Shown: positions 12,030-24,849 of the stretch, piece by piece | Layout: every line of letters begins with the position of its first letter | Position numbering within the stretch: the first letter of the stretch is position 1 | NCBI GenBank assembly: GCA_977862235.1 | Contig: OZ374558.1 | Coordinates: forward strand, 1,674,001 to 1,738,000 | DNA: 64,000 bases | DNA from: Dudresnaya verticillata | Taxonomy: Eukaryota | Direction: 5' to 3' | Notes under the pieces: model-generated | What the model was told of the DNA's origin: nothing | What the model saw: the letters and a program-made list of their open reading frames with translations, nothing else | Databases searched by the model: none | Program-made: the position numbers and the translations under genes

Positions 12030-12511
12030 CGTGGTTGCGGGCGCCCCTTCATCAGGGGGCCCAAAGTGGCAGACGAGCGCGTCTTAGCCATTCCTATTGC
12101 CGCACGTCGACGCGGGTGGTCGCGTCGAGGCGAAGGGGAGGAGTTGTTGTAGAACGGCAAACATAAACGACAGCGGTAACTGGTGTGCAGAAGCGTGTGG
12201 GCAATGGGAAGGTTGCGGAGAGCGATACCCGCAACCTCCCCAGATCTGACTACACGGTACTCCTTATATGCGCGGCGGCGCAGACGGGCGGGCTTGCGCA
12301 TACAACGTCGACGGGCGTGCGTGCCAACCATCGTCAACGGCCTCTAGGGATTGCCATCATGGCCCCGGGAAACCTCAACGGCCGTGAGCGGGGCGCTCAC
12401 GCTTGAGGGGGGGCCGTGTACTATAGCTGTCAGCGCACTATCAACAGCGGCTGTAAGGTATGCTGGCAACCCCGCACTGTAATGGTACACACGATAACGT
12501 CCGCTGGCGAG
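12030..12511 (+). mobile_element. Remnant 3' end of an older LTR element (continues at 528-711): PPT plus start of LTR
   Basis: Hairpin GTGAGCG-gg-CGCTCAC, then PPT GAGGGGGGG (12405-12413), then TGTACTATAG at 12417. This mirrors the layout of the E1 and E2 3' ends. A minus-strand ATG at 12091 (MAKTRSS...) is cut by E1. Confidence 0.5.
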
Positions 12512-13421
12512 TGTGGTGCAAAACGTCTGACACGATAGACCGCCGAGCAGTTCGTGGCTCGGTGGGTAGCTGCGCCCTTGGCGAGAGGTGGTCCCGCCGT
12601 GGGCGACTTGGTGGTAGAGCAAAGGAACACGCCTTGGGCGGACTGTAGACGACCGAGGCGGAAGGTGTGAAGGAAGGGAAAAGGAAACAGAAAGGGAACA
12701 CGTCAAGGACGATGGTAGACGTGGAAGCACGGGAGGTAGACGCTTAGCCGTGGGCAGCGGTAGGATACGCGCGTGCGGAACGGGGAAGTCTGGACCAAGG
12801 CCGGCTTGCCCGGGCGTTTACTGTTACGTCTGGGACGGCTTACCTAAGTATAGTACGGCGGTGCGGCGGCGGCGGTGCGTGTGCGTAGCGCGGGAACTCG
12901 GGACACGTGTCGTCCCGAGGCGCGTCTGACAGACCACCGGTTGCATGCAGCCGCGCGTCTGACAGGTTGCCGTGCAACCCCCTGTATAGGTGCTTACACA
13001 CACACGTGGACGCGTGGGCCTTACAGCCGTGCGTGCGCGCGCACTGTAGAGCGTGCGCATTAGATCTAATCCGATACTTGTCTGATCCCGATCCCATCCG
13101 GATCGGGCCAGCAATGCGAATACCCGCAGCATTACAGACGCGTATCTTACAGCTTAGGCGATCCGGATAACCAATCTGGATACCGGATCCGGATCCCATC
13201 TGGATCCGTATTACAGTGCCCCGGGGCGCCACGTCGGGCCATCACCGTACAGTGCCCGCGTGGCGCGCGGCGCGCAGTGTGCGCGCGCGCCCCAGTGAGC
13301 CGGCGATGACGTGTTCGCGTGCCAACGGCGGTGGTGAGCGCCGGTGGCGGGTTCTCCGTCGGTCGACGTATTTGGTCCGCCCACTTTCAGCGAAAAAGAG
13401 CTCACCTCCCCTTGCACCACA
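12512..13421 (-). repeat. E2 3' LTR (910 bp)
   Basis: TGTGGTGCA...TGCACCACA termini; repeat of 24870-25779 and 51328-52236. Confidence 0.95.
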
Positions 13422-13424
13422 CGA

Positions 13425-13433
13425 CCCCCCTCC
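13425..13433 (-). promoter_or_regulatory. E2 polypurine tract
   Basis: Minus strand GGAGGGGGG, 3 nt before the 3' LTR. Confidence 0.8.
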
Positions 13434-13857
13434 AAAACGCGAACACGACCCGACCCTCAACCTGCTGCCGTGCGCTCTCCCGTCGCGTGCCTGCCAACTT
13501 CCGCGCCTTGCGAGCGAGTCCCCGCGCCTTCGCGTATTGTGTCGGTGCGCCCGCGTTTACGCTGCCCCGACATCACCGCCCGTGGCGCATAACGTTGTCG
13601 TTGACGTCTATCGTATATCCCTCGCCTGGGGCGTTGCAACTTAATCGTCATCGGCGTCGTTTGCTTTTGGCATCGCCATTGGCGCAGCAGCTGAACGTCG
13701 TTGACGTGGGTTTCGTTTCCTCGCCTAAGGCCTTACAACAGTAATCGCCTTCGACGCACGCTTCTTGAAGCTTTCGCCAGTGGCGCAGAACACGAGTCGT
13801 CTTTGACGTTTGTACAAGCATCACCTTTGGCGTTAACATATTCTCGTCGTTGACATC

Positions 13858-16158
13858 ATGCCGATGTTCAATGGCATGCAGGTGGCGGCGCCCTCGGCTG
13901 CGCCGGTGTACGCTTCGCCGATCGACTTCGTCGGAAAGAATCCTCGCGATCACGCGCATTTCTTCGCGCGGGCCCCCTGGTTTGAGCAGGAGGCCCTGCG
14001 CGAGGAAGAATTGGTTGCCCATCACGCTACTAGCGGTTTCTTGCCGGGGGCCTGCCCCTCGGCGTCGTCTGGACGTTGGAATGGGAGTTACGCTGCGCCG
14101 TTCCTGCGGAATGGCTTTGGGTGCGAGCGGGACAGTCGCGTGCGGACGTCCACGCGCAGTTCGTCTCAGACGTGTATCGTCGCTTCACGCGGTATCCGGG
14201 GTCGACGTTAACGCCGCCCTTGTTCAATTATGATGCGGGACAGTATCGCACAGCCGGCGAAGCCGAATATGGTGCTCGTCTTGGGACGTTATCGCTCAAA
14301 CACGTTAGTGTGTCGATTGAGCCTCGCGTGTTGGGAGAGGCCTACCTGTTAGGCGTACGCTTGAAAGCGGATTTTCGTTACTTGCATCGTACGGGTACGT
14401 TCTTTTGGGAGCGTTGTATCCGGTGGGAGTGCGAGACGCGTCGCCGAAAGGGCGTATTCGTACCTTACCAGGACATGCAGGTCGATCGCATTGAGCGTAG
14501 TAAGTTACCGTTTTGTTTCGTGAAGGTACTGCCTGTATGGCGAGAGTTTGAGATATGCGAGGGTTTCTCCGTAGAGCTTCCTCCGTGTGTCACGTATCGA
14601 GCTGATGACCGACCCCTATTCAAGGTATTGGATCGTGTTTTACACGGAGTGGGTCGCCAATGTGGTGTATGCGTGGTTATGGGAGGTGTATGACACCTTC
14701 CGTATGTACCACTTGCCTCCGCGTGTGGTGGCTCAGCTTGGCAGCCTCGACTTGGTAGAAATATTTGGCGGGTCCCGGAACGCCGAGGAGTTCTGGAACC
14801 TGCGCGCTGTGGCGGATGAGATCGACTGGAACGACCCGGCAATGGTGCCGTATGCGAACAACCGCCGTAAGGCGAACCGTCCGCGCTTCGCGATGAGTCG
14901 GACTCACTCCGTCTGTGGCGATTGGGTCCATTATAACCCGTGGACTAAGCGTCGTACGACGAAGAACATTGCGGAGCGCCATCGCAAAACGGACCGCTTC
15001 ACCCCGGGTAATCACCCGCGTGGTTTGCGTAAGAGCTGCGACTTTGTCGGTGATTTTCCTCCGCATCTGAGCGCCTTAATGGCCGAGGAGGATGCGTTTA
15101 ACGCCGATGGCGGACCGGAGAACCCGTCTGGGACGGACATTGCTGCGCCTATGGCGGTTGAGTCGACTGCCGAGCCTGCGCCCGCGTCTTCGGCTTTGCC
15201 CGGAGGCGCTGTCGGTGGCGGTGGAGTGCCAGCTGGCCTGCCAGCTGTTGCTCCTCTGGACCTTGCGGCTCCCGTCGCTGACGATGATGGTGATGCCGTT
15301 ATGGCGACGCCAATATTGGAGTCGGCTCCGCCGACCGTGACGCCTCAAGGCAAAGCATCAAACATCGCAGACGGTTCTGGGGGTCCAGCTTCGGTGCCGG
15401 TTCGGACCGAAGAACAGCGCCGCACCGTGCTTGCGTTATTGCAAGCGGCAGGCGTCGCTACTAGCGGTCTGAGCGGCTCACCCACTGAGTGGATGAGCCA
15501 ATCTTTGTCGGCTGGGGTCCCACCTCAGGGTGGGCCCACGCCGAAGTCGACTAGTGTCATAGGTTCTGCGTCGAAGGACGGTGTGGCAGAGAAGCCTTCG
15601 TCGCCTAAGGCGAATGGTCCGGCGTCTAAAGACGTGAGTATGACTGTACCGCCTGTAGCGAGCGAAGCGAATGCCGATATAGCGTCGTTGACGGTTCCAA
15701 AGGGGCCAGGGGCTCCTGCGTCATTGACTGGTGTTGGTTGGTTGGTTAACAGCGCCGAAGGCGAGTGAAGAAGCGACGCCAATCAAGGCGGTTTCTGAAC
15801 TGACGCCAAAGGCGGTCGACGAGTCGTTGATTACGCTTAAAGCGGATGGGGCTATGCCCGCGCCTAAGGCGAACGATGGCTTGAGCTCTGCACCCGTGGC
15901 GGTTGTTATTGCTTCATCGCCTTTGGCGGATATTGTCGCGACGACGTCGAAGGCGATTGATGAGTCGCCCATCTCGCCTGCGGCGCCTGTTATAGTCACT
16001 CCGGCGGTTGCGGTGGCAAGGCCTTTGCGGTCCGCCCGGCTCCTGCCGTGAGTGTACCGTCGAGGACGGAGGACGACCTCTATGAAGAGGCGTTGCGTGA
16101 GTCCGCCGAAGGCGCCGTGGCTGTACCACCCGATTCGTCTGCGACGAAAGAGTCTTGA
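13858..16158 (+). pseudogene. E2 antisense extra ORF (frameshifted), homologous to the E1 antisense ORF
   Basis: Collinear ORF pieces 13858-14211, 14076-14693, 14587-15768 and 15731-16051. A globular Trp/Tyr-rich core is followed by an Ala/Pro/Ser-rich tail. Confidence 0.78.
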
Positions 16159-17462
16159 TGTCGTTTGAGCAAAGGATAGCGGACGCGAGGTGCGTATTGT
16201 GTTGCCCTTCGGCTCCCTTGCGGGACCGATGAGCGGGGTATTCCCCTTCGTCTTTGACGATTAATGTAGCTGTAGTGGTCGATTGCTAGGGCGTGGGGTT
16301 GTCCCCATTTGTTTTTAGCCCAGTAAACTTCGGCCATTGTCAGCGTCTTTGTGTGTCACGTTTCGCGTTGGCCCTTAGGGTGTGACTTGTGATCCACTTT
16401 CGACTTTGCGTCGTGTTCTTGGTTGCCCACTACAGTAACGTTGGCGTTTGGTGCCATTGGCCTTAGCCGTGCGTTGGCACTTGGCTCTGTTTGCCCAGTA
16501 GGGTCCGCTGTAGTAGCGTTGTTCTTTGTGTTTCACGCGCGGCGTTGGCGTATTTCCGCTTACTTAGCGTTTTGTTTTTGTAGTTCATGTGTCGCACTGC
16601 GACTTGGGCGTGGTTTGTTGGGTCACTGCACCTTGGGCGTGGTTTTTCGGCGTCCTCGACGACGGTCGCGAAGGCGGTGAGGTAGGTTTGGCGCCTCGGC
16701 GTTGCCGCCCCTTTCGTCTTCGACGTTTCTCGTTGTGGGTAGGGTAGAGTTGTCGGTCGCGCTCGCGCAACTGCGCGGCGGCCGCAGGCAGCGGCGGAGT
16801 CGTTGGCGATTTGTTGGCGCGTCGTGCACGGAACCCGCAGCACCTGCGTCTTCGACCACCTTCCCCCCCCTTCGGGGGTGGGTTTGTCGGTGCGCCCCTT
16901 CTCGGAGAGTTACGTCGGAGACGTTCGATGGGTCTGGCGCGCGAGACCGTGGGCGGCAGGGTGGCGGTCCCAGGTACTTGGCCGTAGGACGAGGCACGTC
17001 TCGACGTCGGAGACGGTTGTTGTGCGCTGCCACTTTGCGCCTGTCGTCGCTGGTGCTCGTAGCACCTGCTCAGCCACTTGGCATAATTGCGTTCGTCGTG
17101 CGTTGACGGCGGGGTGGTGCGCGCTGCCGTGTTTGGAAATTAAAATTGGACCCATGTCTGCCTCCTATTACCCGAGGGGCGCCGGTGGCGGATCTTGATT
17201 TGCAATCTGGATCACTGTCAACAGCGCACCCATCCAGAGGTTCCGTATGGGGGCTGCTGCGAGGTGGCGTGCGCGAGGCTGTCTATGACGCAACGACTTG
17301 CGTCCGCGTTCGTCCATGGCGTGCACACGTGGTTGGCGCTGTCGCTCTGGCGACCGCGTCCACAGGCTATGGGTTGAGCTTCCGCGCCTTTGGTGATCGT
17401 AGGTCGAGCACGCGGTCTCGATCGTCCGTCCATTCGCTTCCAGCGGTATTTCCGGATTAGGG

Positions 17463-20400
17463 TTAGCCGCGCTGCGCGTCGTCGACGTTTGGCGGCAGCT
17501 GCGTACGTTTTCGACGGTGGTATCGTGTGACGTGGGAGCGCGGCAAACTGGAGACTGGCTCCCAGGTGTTCGCTGAAGCGGGGTATCCAAACCACTTGAC
17601 GCGGTAGAGGATCTCATCACCATCCGCCTATGCGTGCGACTCTATGCGTTCAATCACGTATTATTTTCCGCTCACAGCGTTCGGCTTGGACATGGGCCTG
17701 TCCAGCGCCTTTGGCGGTTTGTCTCGTTGCGTGATGGGCGTCTGTTCCAGCTCGGCGAAGCGTACTCGACGAGTTGATCGCCGGAGGCGTTGGCCCTGGG
17801 CCTGGGACGCTCGATCAGCGGTCAGTGGATTGTTGCGTCTTGAGACGAGTTCATCGCTTGCAGCGCCTTGCTTCGTGCTTGCACGGTTAACGTCTTCGAT
17901 ATCGGATGCGCTTTCAGCGGAGTCATTGTTCTCATTCGGCGGTGCCGTAGCGACGTGTTCCAAACTGGTGCGAACCCCTGGGGTACTGTCGTCGTTGGAG
18001 ACGGATTGTGAAGCGCGGTCGTTGGGATCGGCGGCGAAGGGCGAAAGCTCTGCCAACCCACGGCTGCGTGACGCGGTGATCGTACGCTCTTGCGGATCTG
18101 CCGCAGTATGCGAAGTGTCTGCGTCCTCTTCCGGGTCCGCTGGTGGCGTGCTTGGGGTAGTCGTCCCTTCGTCGTGTGACGTGGGGGCGACTGCTCCCTG
18201 CTCCTCAGGCGGGCCTGGTGGTACGACGATTGGAGGGGCCGCCTGACCGGTGGGGTCGGCGCCCAGACCACGCGGTCTCGGGACAAACGTTCCCGCTCAT
18301 CACATCCCTTGTCGACGGTTACTGTTTCGTTATCAACGTGAGTTACCCGGTATGGTCCGTCCGCCACTGGCGCCAGCTTATACTTACGCTCTGCGCGATC
18401 CGTGCTCCCGCCTCGGGCGAAGTATTCCTTACGTACGAATACGAAGTCGCCTACGGCGATTGTTTCCTTCGATTTCCTTAAGCGGGTATCGAAGTTTCGT
18501 TTGTAACGTGCTTGAGTTTTCTCTAACGACGCTTTAGCGGTTCCCATCAGTGCGGCCAGCCAGGTTCGCCACTTGGTGTAGTATTGCCCCGCGGTGGGTA
18601 CGCTTTCGAGCGACGGTTCCGCTTCGAGCGACAATGGTCGTGGTGGCTTCGACAGCACCAATTCAAACGGAGCGAGATGCGTGGACGAATGCAACTTTGT
18701 GTTGTATGCGAACGTCAAGGCATCCGTGAACAGGTCCCAGTCTCTCGGATGATCCGCAACGTAGTGACGCCGCGAGGCCAGGATAGTTCGATTGAATCGT
18801 TCTACCTGGCCATTGTATTGCGGATGGTACGTCGTGGTGAAGAGATTCTCCACTCTCAAAAGACGGCAGATATCCTGAAACAGCTTAGCCACGAACTGTG
18901 GTCCGTTATCGGACAACAGTTTCTTGGGGGGGCCGTACAAGAAGACCCAATGTCGTACAAATGCCTTAGCGATTTCCAATGCCGTAATACTACGCAGTAG
19001 GACCGTCCGGACCAGCTTCGAGAAGCGGTCCACAATGACGAGTAGGAACTTGTTTCCTCGCTTCGTGCGTATGAGTTCGCCCAGGATGTCGATCGATACG
19101 AACTCGAGAGGCTCGGTTGCCGGGAACAACTTCAATTGCTTGGTGTTCTTTCGCAGCAATACGCGATTCTTAGCGCAAGTTACGCAGTTGCGGACGGTTG
19201 CATAGCAGTCCACTGGCATCGATGGCCAATAGTATTCGCGTCGAAGCGTATGATACAACTTACGCCCCTGGGTGCCCTGCCAACTTGGCGTGGTGCCGGA
19301 GGTGGAGTAAGCGAGCGCGTAACGCGTAGGGTACGACCACTTGCGGACGGACTTCCACTGTTCGGACCAACAGGCCCTGTTCATCCGTTGCGAACGGTAA
19401 TATGATTCCGTCATCCAGACGTTTCTTGATATCGTTACAGTACTTGTCATCGCCTTGGGCGTGTACCAACTCCTCATGCGTCACTTGACGAAGGAATACC
19501 TCATCCGCCGGTGGCGTGTTGTTGATCAACACTTGGTCGAACTCTTCGAACTCTCGTTCGGCGAAGTCGACCTCGCCTTCGGCGTCTGAAAGATCGTCCT
19601 GTGACGTTTGATGGCCGTCTTCGACGTAGCTTCCGTGATAGCACGGTATATCATCGTCAATGGGCTCGACGGTTTCTCCCTTCGTCTGTAGACGCGAAAG
19701 GGCATCTGCCTGGGTATTCAGGTACCCCTTTTTGTACTTCACGACAAAGTCGAACTCGAGAAGGCGAAGGCGCCACCGCATTAACCGTCCAGAGGGGTCG
19801 CTGATTTCCATCAGCCACCTCAACCACGAATGGTCCGTATGGACTGTGAACGACTCCATCTGGAGGTAAGGTCGCAGCGTCATGACGGACCATACTACTG
19901 CGAGGCACTCCTTTTCGGAGACCGAGTAGTTACGCTCTGGAGCGGTGATCGAGCGGGACCAGAAGCCGAGGGGCTTACGTTCCCCGTCGGGCTGCGTCTG
20001 AAAGAGAGCGCAGCCGACCTGATACTCGCTTGCGTCACAATCGACAGAATAGGGGAGACCCTGCTGTGGTAGCGCCAGTATAGGCGGATGAGTCACGGCC
20101 TCGACGAGCGTGCTGAACGCTTTGGCTTGTGTCTCATCAAACGGTTGTAACCGGAAGTCCTGTTCCTTCCTCAGCAACTTGTTGAGGGGGGCAGCGACAT
20201 GCGCGTATCGCGAGACGAACCGTCTGTAGACGTTACAAAGACCGAGGAAACTCCGTAGCTCCTTCTGATCCCGTGGATGCTTGGCTTCGCGTAGCGCGGC
20301 AGTGACAGTTCGGTCAACTTCTAACCGTCCTGGACGTATGACGTGTCCTACGCAGTTGACGGTCGGGGTGAAGAAATCACACTTGGTCAACTTCGGAGTC

Positions 20401-22187
20401 ACCCCGGCGCGGTGCAATGTCGAAAGGATCTCTTCAACATGACGGAAGTGACTGTCGATGTCGCTGGAGAAGATTATTACGTCATCGAGGTAGACGAGGC
20501 ACGAACGCCACTTGTAACCAGCGAGCAGTATGTCCAACGTTCGTTGAAACGTAGCGGGTGCGTTCGTGAGACCGAATGGCATACGCTTATAGCGGAACAG
20601 TCCGGCGTGGCACGTGAACGCAGTCTTATCGCGGTCTCGCGGATTGATCGGCACTTGCCAGTACCCACTGTTACAGTCTAGGGTGGTGAAAACGTTTGCT
20701 TCCCCTAGACTGTCGATGCATTCGTCGATACGCGGCAGCGGGTACGTGTCCCGTATGGTTACTGCGTTTAAACGACGGTAGTCCACGCAAAAGCGGAGGG
20801 TCCCGTCCTTCTTGGGGGCGAAGACCACTGGTGACGCCCACGGCGATTGTGCGGATTGGATAACCCCTTGACGCAGCATGCGTTCCACTTCCGCTTGAGC
20901 GAGTTGTCTTTGCTTCGGCCCCGCTCGGTAGGGCGGGGACGATATTGGTCTAGAGCCGGGAAGCAAGTCGATGTAGTGCTCCGTGGTTGAGATTTCTCCC
21001 AACGAACCGTCCCACATAGACGAATACTTGCGCAACATCTCCTCAAGCCGGCCTTGATGCTCGGCGGGGAGATGTCCCAGGTCCAAATCGTCTACTGACG
21101 GAGGTTTGGCAGTGGTTGCCTCGATAGACTTCGTGAAAGTATCCGGCTGTGCCGCAGTGTTATCATTCGTTTGAAAACGGAAATCTTGGTTTGTCTTCTC
21201 TTCCTCGGCTTGTTCCTCGGTGAGGCCCAAAACATCGGCTAGACTTACGTGACTGGGGAACACTGCTGTCGGATGTGGTAACGCCGTCGCGACGACTTGG
21301 GCCTTGGCCAGCGCCTGCGGGCGGGGAGAGAAGTTGGCAACCAGAATGCGAAACGCTTTTAGCGGCTCCACTTGAGCAATACCGTTCGTAACGGCCAGAA
21401 CTTGTTTGTCGTACAGCTTTCCGAACGGTTGAATCGTGATGATGCCGGCGCGCTCGGTGGTCACCGATACCCATTGCTGCGCCTTAGGCGGGATGATCGC
21501 GCGCTCGGCGACTCGGATCTTGGGTAACGTCCTCCCTTCGGCCTTGCCGTATTCCTGTTCCGTTGGTAACGGAGGGTACGACGGGGGTCGGCGCAGCGGG
21601 CGGCGCGTTATAGGGACGCGAGTCCCGTCATCCAATTCAACCTCGCGACTTCGCGGATATATTGCTTCGACGAAGCGGTCGCAAAAGTCGCAGCCGAGTA
21701 TAACCGGCGCAGCGAGTCGTTCGCAAACGATCAGTTCCAACTTGACGACTCTCCGTCCTAGACGAACGACCAGGTCGATGGTGCCTCTTGTCTGGATCGC
21801 CTTATTGTTTGCGTCGGCTATGACGGGGAGGCTCTTTGCCACGATGCGCGATTGCGCTTCTAGCGGAATGTCGTCAATGCGAATGAATTTCGGACCAGCC
21901 CCCGTGTCGAGAACAGTGAGTTTACGTGCCAAGGTACTAACGGTTGCGCCCAAATCGGCGTACACCTTATAGTTCCTCTTGGCCATTACGAACAACTGCC
22001 CCCGCGTTTGGGGGGGCTGGTACCTTCGCCATGGGTGTTTTAATGACGTCTGCGACGACTCTATCCGCCCGTTGGCGTCTTTGGTAACTAACTTCGGGCC
22101 CTCCTTCCGTGTCAGCACCTGAGGCCTAGGCCTCTCGTCGTGGTGCGACACCCCAGTGTCAGGAGTTGGTGCCCGAGTTAGTTTTTC
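17463..22187 (-). pseudogene. pol: E2 pol: protease, RT, RNase H (open 19260-22151), integrase (frameshift ~19260), chromodomain (17463-17660, with stops)
   Basis: LDTGAGP; RFCVDYRRLN, MPFGLTNAP, YLDD; DCDAS, EKECLAVV; SDNGPQF, GQVERFN, GPY. Chromodomain YVIERIESHA*ADGDEILYRVKWFGYPASANTWEP translated by hand. Confidence 0.95.
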
Positions 22188-24742
22188 GCCTGCGGCGGTG
22201 GTTGTGGCGCTTCATAGCGATTGATCATCGTCGGATGACGTTCTGCAGCGTGCGGCATGGGTCCGCCTCGTGGCGATTGTGGTCGTGCAGCACGGCGAGC
22301 AGCGTCGCGGGTCGCGCGTTCCTTGCAACGTACATACGCATCAGCGCGGACACCAGCCTTCTCGGCTTCGGTTAGTCCTTCATAGTTGGTAATAACCTTT
22401 ATGAAGTCGCTCATGCAGAGGAAGCAGTCCGGCGCGATGTGTCCGCGGGCGTAGCATTGGTGGCATACCAGCTGCCGACGCGAGTCTTGACGGGGCGGGC
22501 CTCTGTCCTGACATCCGGGCCTTTCTCGGTGGACGTGAGGAGCATACTCGGAATAGGGGACGCGTGGCGCTGGTACGACCGAGCGCCCAAAGGCGAGAGC
22601 AGGGTCTATATCCCTTTCGTCTTCTTCATCGACGCAACTGTCCGTCGGTAGAGCCGAGGTTGGCACCGACGCTTGCTCGTCTGCCAAGTACAGATCGCCT
22701 TCGGCGTGTGTTTCCATGTCATCGACAGGGCGACTAACGTCTCGAAACTCGACGGAGGACTCCGCTATCATAGCGCGCACTCCAGGCTTGGTGCCTCTAG
22801 TCTGTGGACGCAGTACCCCTCGGGCATCGCCGATGGCGGATCGCGGTGTGCGTACGGCTTGAGCCGGTGTCAATAGGTCACGTCGGGCTGACGCGGAACC
22901 GGCCCTGCCGTGTCGTGCGCGGTTGGCATCCCCTTCGTCTTGTGCGAAATAGACCAGCCGCTCAAATGACAACTCCGCCCTTGGCGTTTCTTCTCGGAAG
23001 CGAGCGACCAGGGACCTGATCGACGGGCCTAACCCGTCGATGTACAGCGTCATCTTTTCCCAATCGGGATATACGTTACCGCAACGAATACACGCACCGG
23101 CTAGCCGCATCCCATAGGTCGTCTCGTCCTCGCCTTGCTTTTGGGCAGTCGACCGTAGGGCGAGGACAGCGTCCCTGATCGCTGCTGGCGTAGCATACGT
23201 ACGGAGGAGGTACTGTACCGCCTCCGGATACGAAAACACCCCGTCGCGATGGCGAGAAGACGTCGACTTGACGGAGCGGAATTGCGTGGCTGCCGTACCT
23301 CGCAACAAGTACGGCAGCGCGACGAACGCTTGGGCTTCGCTCATCTCCAGCGTATCGGCTTCATCTGCGTAACGCGCCAGAAACTCGAGGACCATGACGT
23401 GGTCGCTGCCGTTGAAGGCGGCGTCCTTCATGGTCAGCTCCAAACGCTTGATATGGTCCTTGACCTTACCCGTATCGCGCCCTGAGCGTTTTTGCCCTAC
23501 GTCTTTGAGACGGTACGTCCTGTACGATGATAACTGATCGAAAAGGGGGTTGGAGGGGCTTAGCTCCTTCAACCCCTTGAACCGCTTTCCGCGAGGTCTT
23601 GCGCCACTGCCGAGAGTTGGAAAGTCGTCGTCTTCAGACGAAGAGTCTGATGACTCTCCGTCACTTGACGAGTCCGAAGAGGACGAGGATGAGTCCCCTC
23701 GTCGATGACGATTCTTCTTCCGTCTCTGACGCAGCTTGCGTTGGCGTTTCTTCCGATCCTTACGTCTGTGACGATCTTCGCATAAGCTCTCGTCACCCGA
23801 CGGTGGACCATTGCGCCACTTGGCGGTTTCGAGACGCTCTAAGCGAGTCATAAGTCGCTGAAAGCGTTCGCGTGAGCTAAGCTCGGAATGCGAATGAACC
23901 GTTACTGCCGACGGTGGTTGTGTACCCTCGCCTTGGGCGTTTTGGTTCGTCAATAGACGGTCGAGGTCGGATCGAAGTCCTTGTAGGGCGCCGTTTCGAT
24001 CCTCTTCCAACGTCTGTAGACGACTTGCGATTCCTCCGACACTGTCGTCCAGCAACCCGGCGAATCGAGCGAGCATCGCATCGTCCTCTAAGACGCACAC
24101 CTCTCGGATCCGTTCGTGTGGTATCGTTACGTTACTCGCGCGGACGGCCGAGGGTGACGCCGTTGGCGGTTGGCTTTCGCGGTTTGACCGGTCGGGCGTC
24201 CCTTGCGCCCTTTGACTTGGCGACTTCGGCTTAGCCGGCGAACACCCGGCACTGCCGTGGGGAGTGGGGCAACATGCCCCTTGTGTCAATGGTTCGTCAG
24301 CGACGTTGCGCTCCGCGGAGCGCCCTTGATCGTCGTTGACGTGGTTGGTTGGTTGATCCGGAAGTTCCGGTTGTCCCTTGACGATGTCGGCTTGTGTTCC
24401 GTCTACGACGTCCTGTTGCTCGGCTTGTACTGTATCAGCCGAGTCAACATAGGAGCGGTAGGTGCGGAGGGCCGATCCCTCGGGGACTGAGGTGCGGACG
24501 ACGACGGGGTTGTGGCGCGTCGGCGGGGGAGGTAACTCTCCTCCGTTGAGCGACGCGTGGGAGCCTGCGTGGCCGTGGCCCGGGGGTAGCGTTGGGAACG
24601 CCGACGCGATCTCGGGGCTCACGAGGCGCCCAGACCTCGTTGTCATCCGCTGTAGCGACCGTTCTGACGCGGGTACACTCCCAGGCGTCGAAGACGGTCT
24701 TCTTGAACTTGGGCCTCGCGACGGCGGCGGTCGTGAGGCCAT
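22178..24742 (-). CDS. gag: E2 Gag polyprotein (854 aa)
   Basis: Uninterrupted ORF after the PBS, with CCHC zinc knuckle CHQCYARGHIAPDC. Homologous to E1 gag. Confidence 0.9.
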   Translation of the reverse strand: MASRPPPSRGPSSRRPSSTPGSVPASERSLQRMTTRSGRLVSPEIASAFPTLPPGHGHAGSHASLNGGELPPPPTRHNPVVVRTSVPEGSALRTYRSYVDSADTVQAEQQDVVDGTQADIVKGQPELPDQPTNHVNDDQGRSAERNVADEPLTQGACCPTPHGSAGCSPAKPKSPSQRAQGTPDRSNRESQPPTASPSAVRASNVTIPHERIREVCVLEDDAMLARFAGLLDDSVGGIASRLQTLEEDRNGALQGLRSDLDRLLTNQNAQGEGTQPPSAVTVHSHSELSSRERFQRLMTRLERLETAKWRNGPPSGDESLCEDRHRRKDRKKRQRKLRQRRKKNRHRRGDSSSSSSDSSSDGESSDSSSEDDDFPTLGSGARPRGKRFKGLKELSPSNPLFDQLSSYRTYRLKDVGQKRSGRDTGKVKDHIKRLELTMKDAAFNGSDHVMVLEFLARYADEADTLEMSEAQAFVALPYLLRGTAATQFRSVKSTSSRHRDGVFSYPEAVQYLLRTYATPAAIRDAVLALRSTAQKQGEDETTYGMRLAGACIRCGNVYPDWEKMTLYIDGLGPSIRSLVARFREETPRAELSFERLVYFAQDEGDANRARHGRAGSASARRDLLTPAQAVRTPRSAIGDARGVLRPQTRGTKPGVRAMIAESSVEFRDVSRPVDDMETHAEGDLYLADEQASVPTSALPTDSCVDEEDERDIDPALAFGRSVVPAPRVPYSEYAPHVHRERPGCQDRGPPRQDSRRQLVCHQCYARGHIAPDCFLCMSDFIKVITNYEGLTEAEKAGVRADAYVRCKERATRDAARRAARPQSPRGGPMPHAAERHPTMINRYEAPQPPPQAKN

Positions 24743-24849
24743 GATACAATCGTAGAGTTGCTTGAACGTCGTGGACGATTAGCGACAAACGTCTGAAGAC
24801 GGAGGGTCGGACGTCGCACGACGGAGTAACTCGTTGAAACGTAGCACAA

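Noticed and set aside
16160..17460. Additional ORF between the E2 chromodomain and the antisense ORF
   Set aside because: Only short overlapping GC-rich ORFs, with no recognisable motif and no counterpart in E1.
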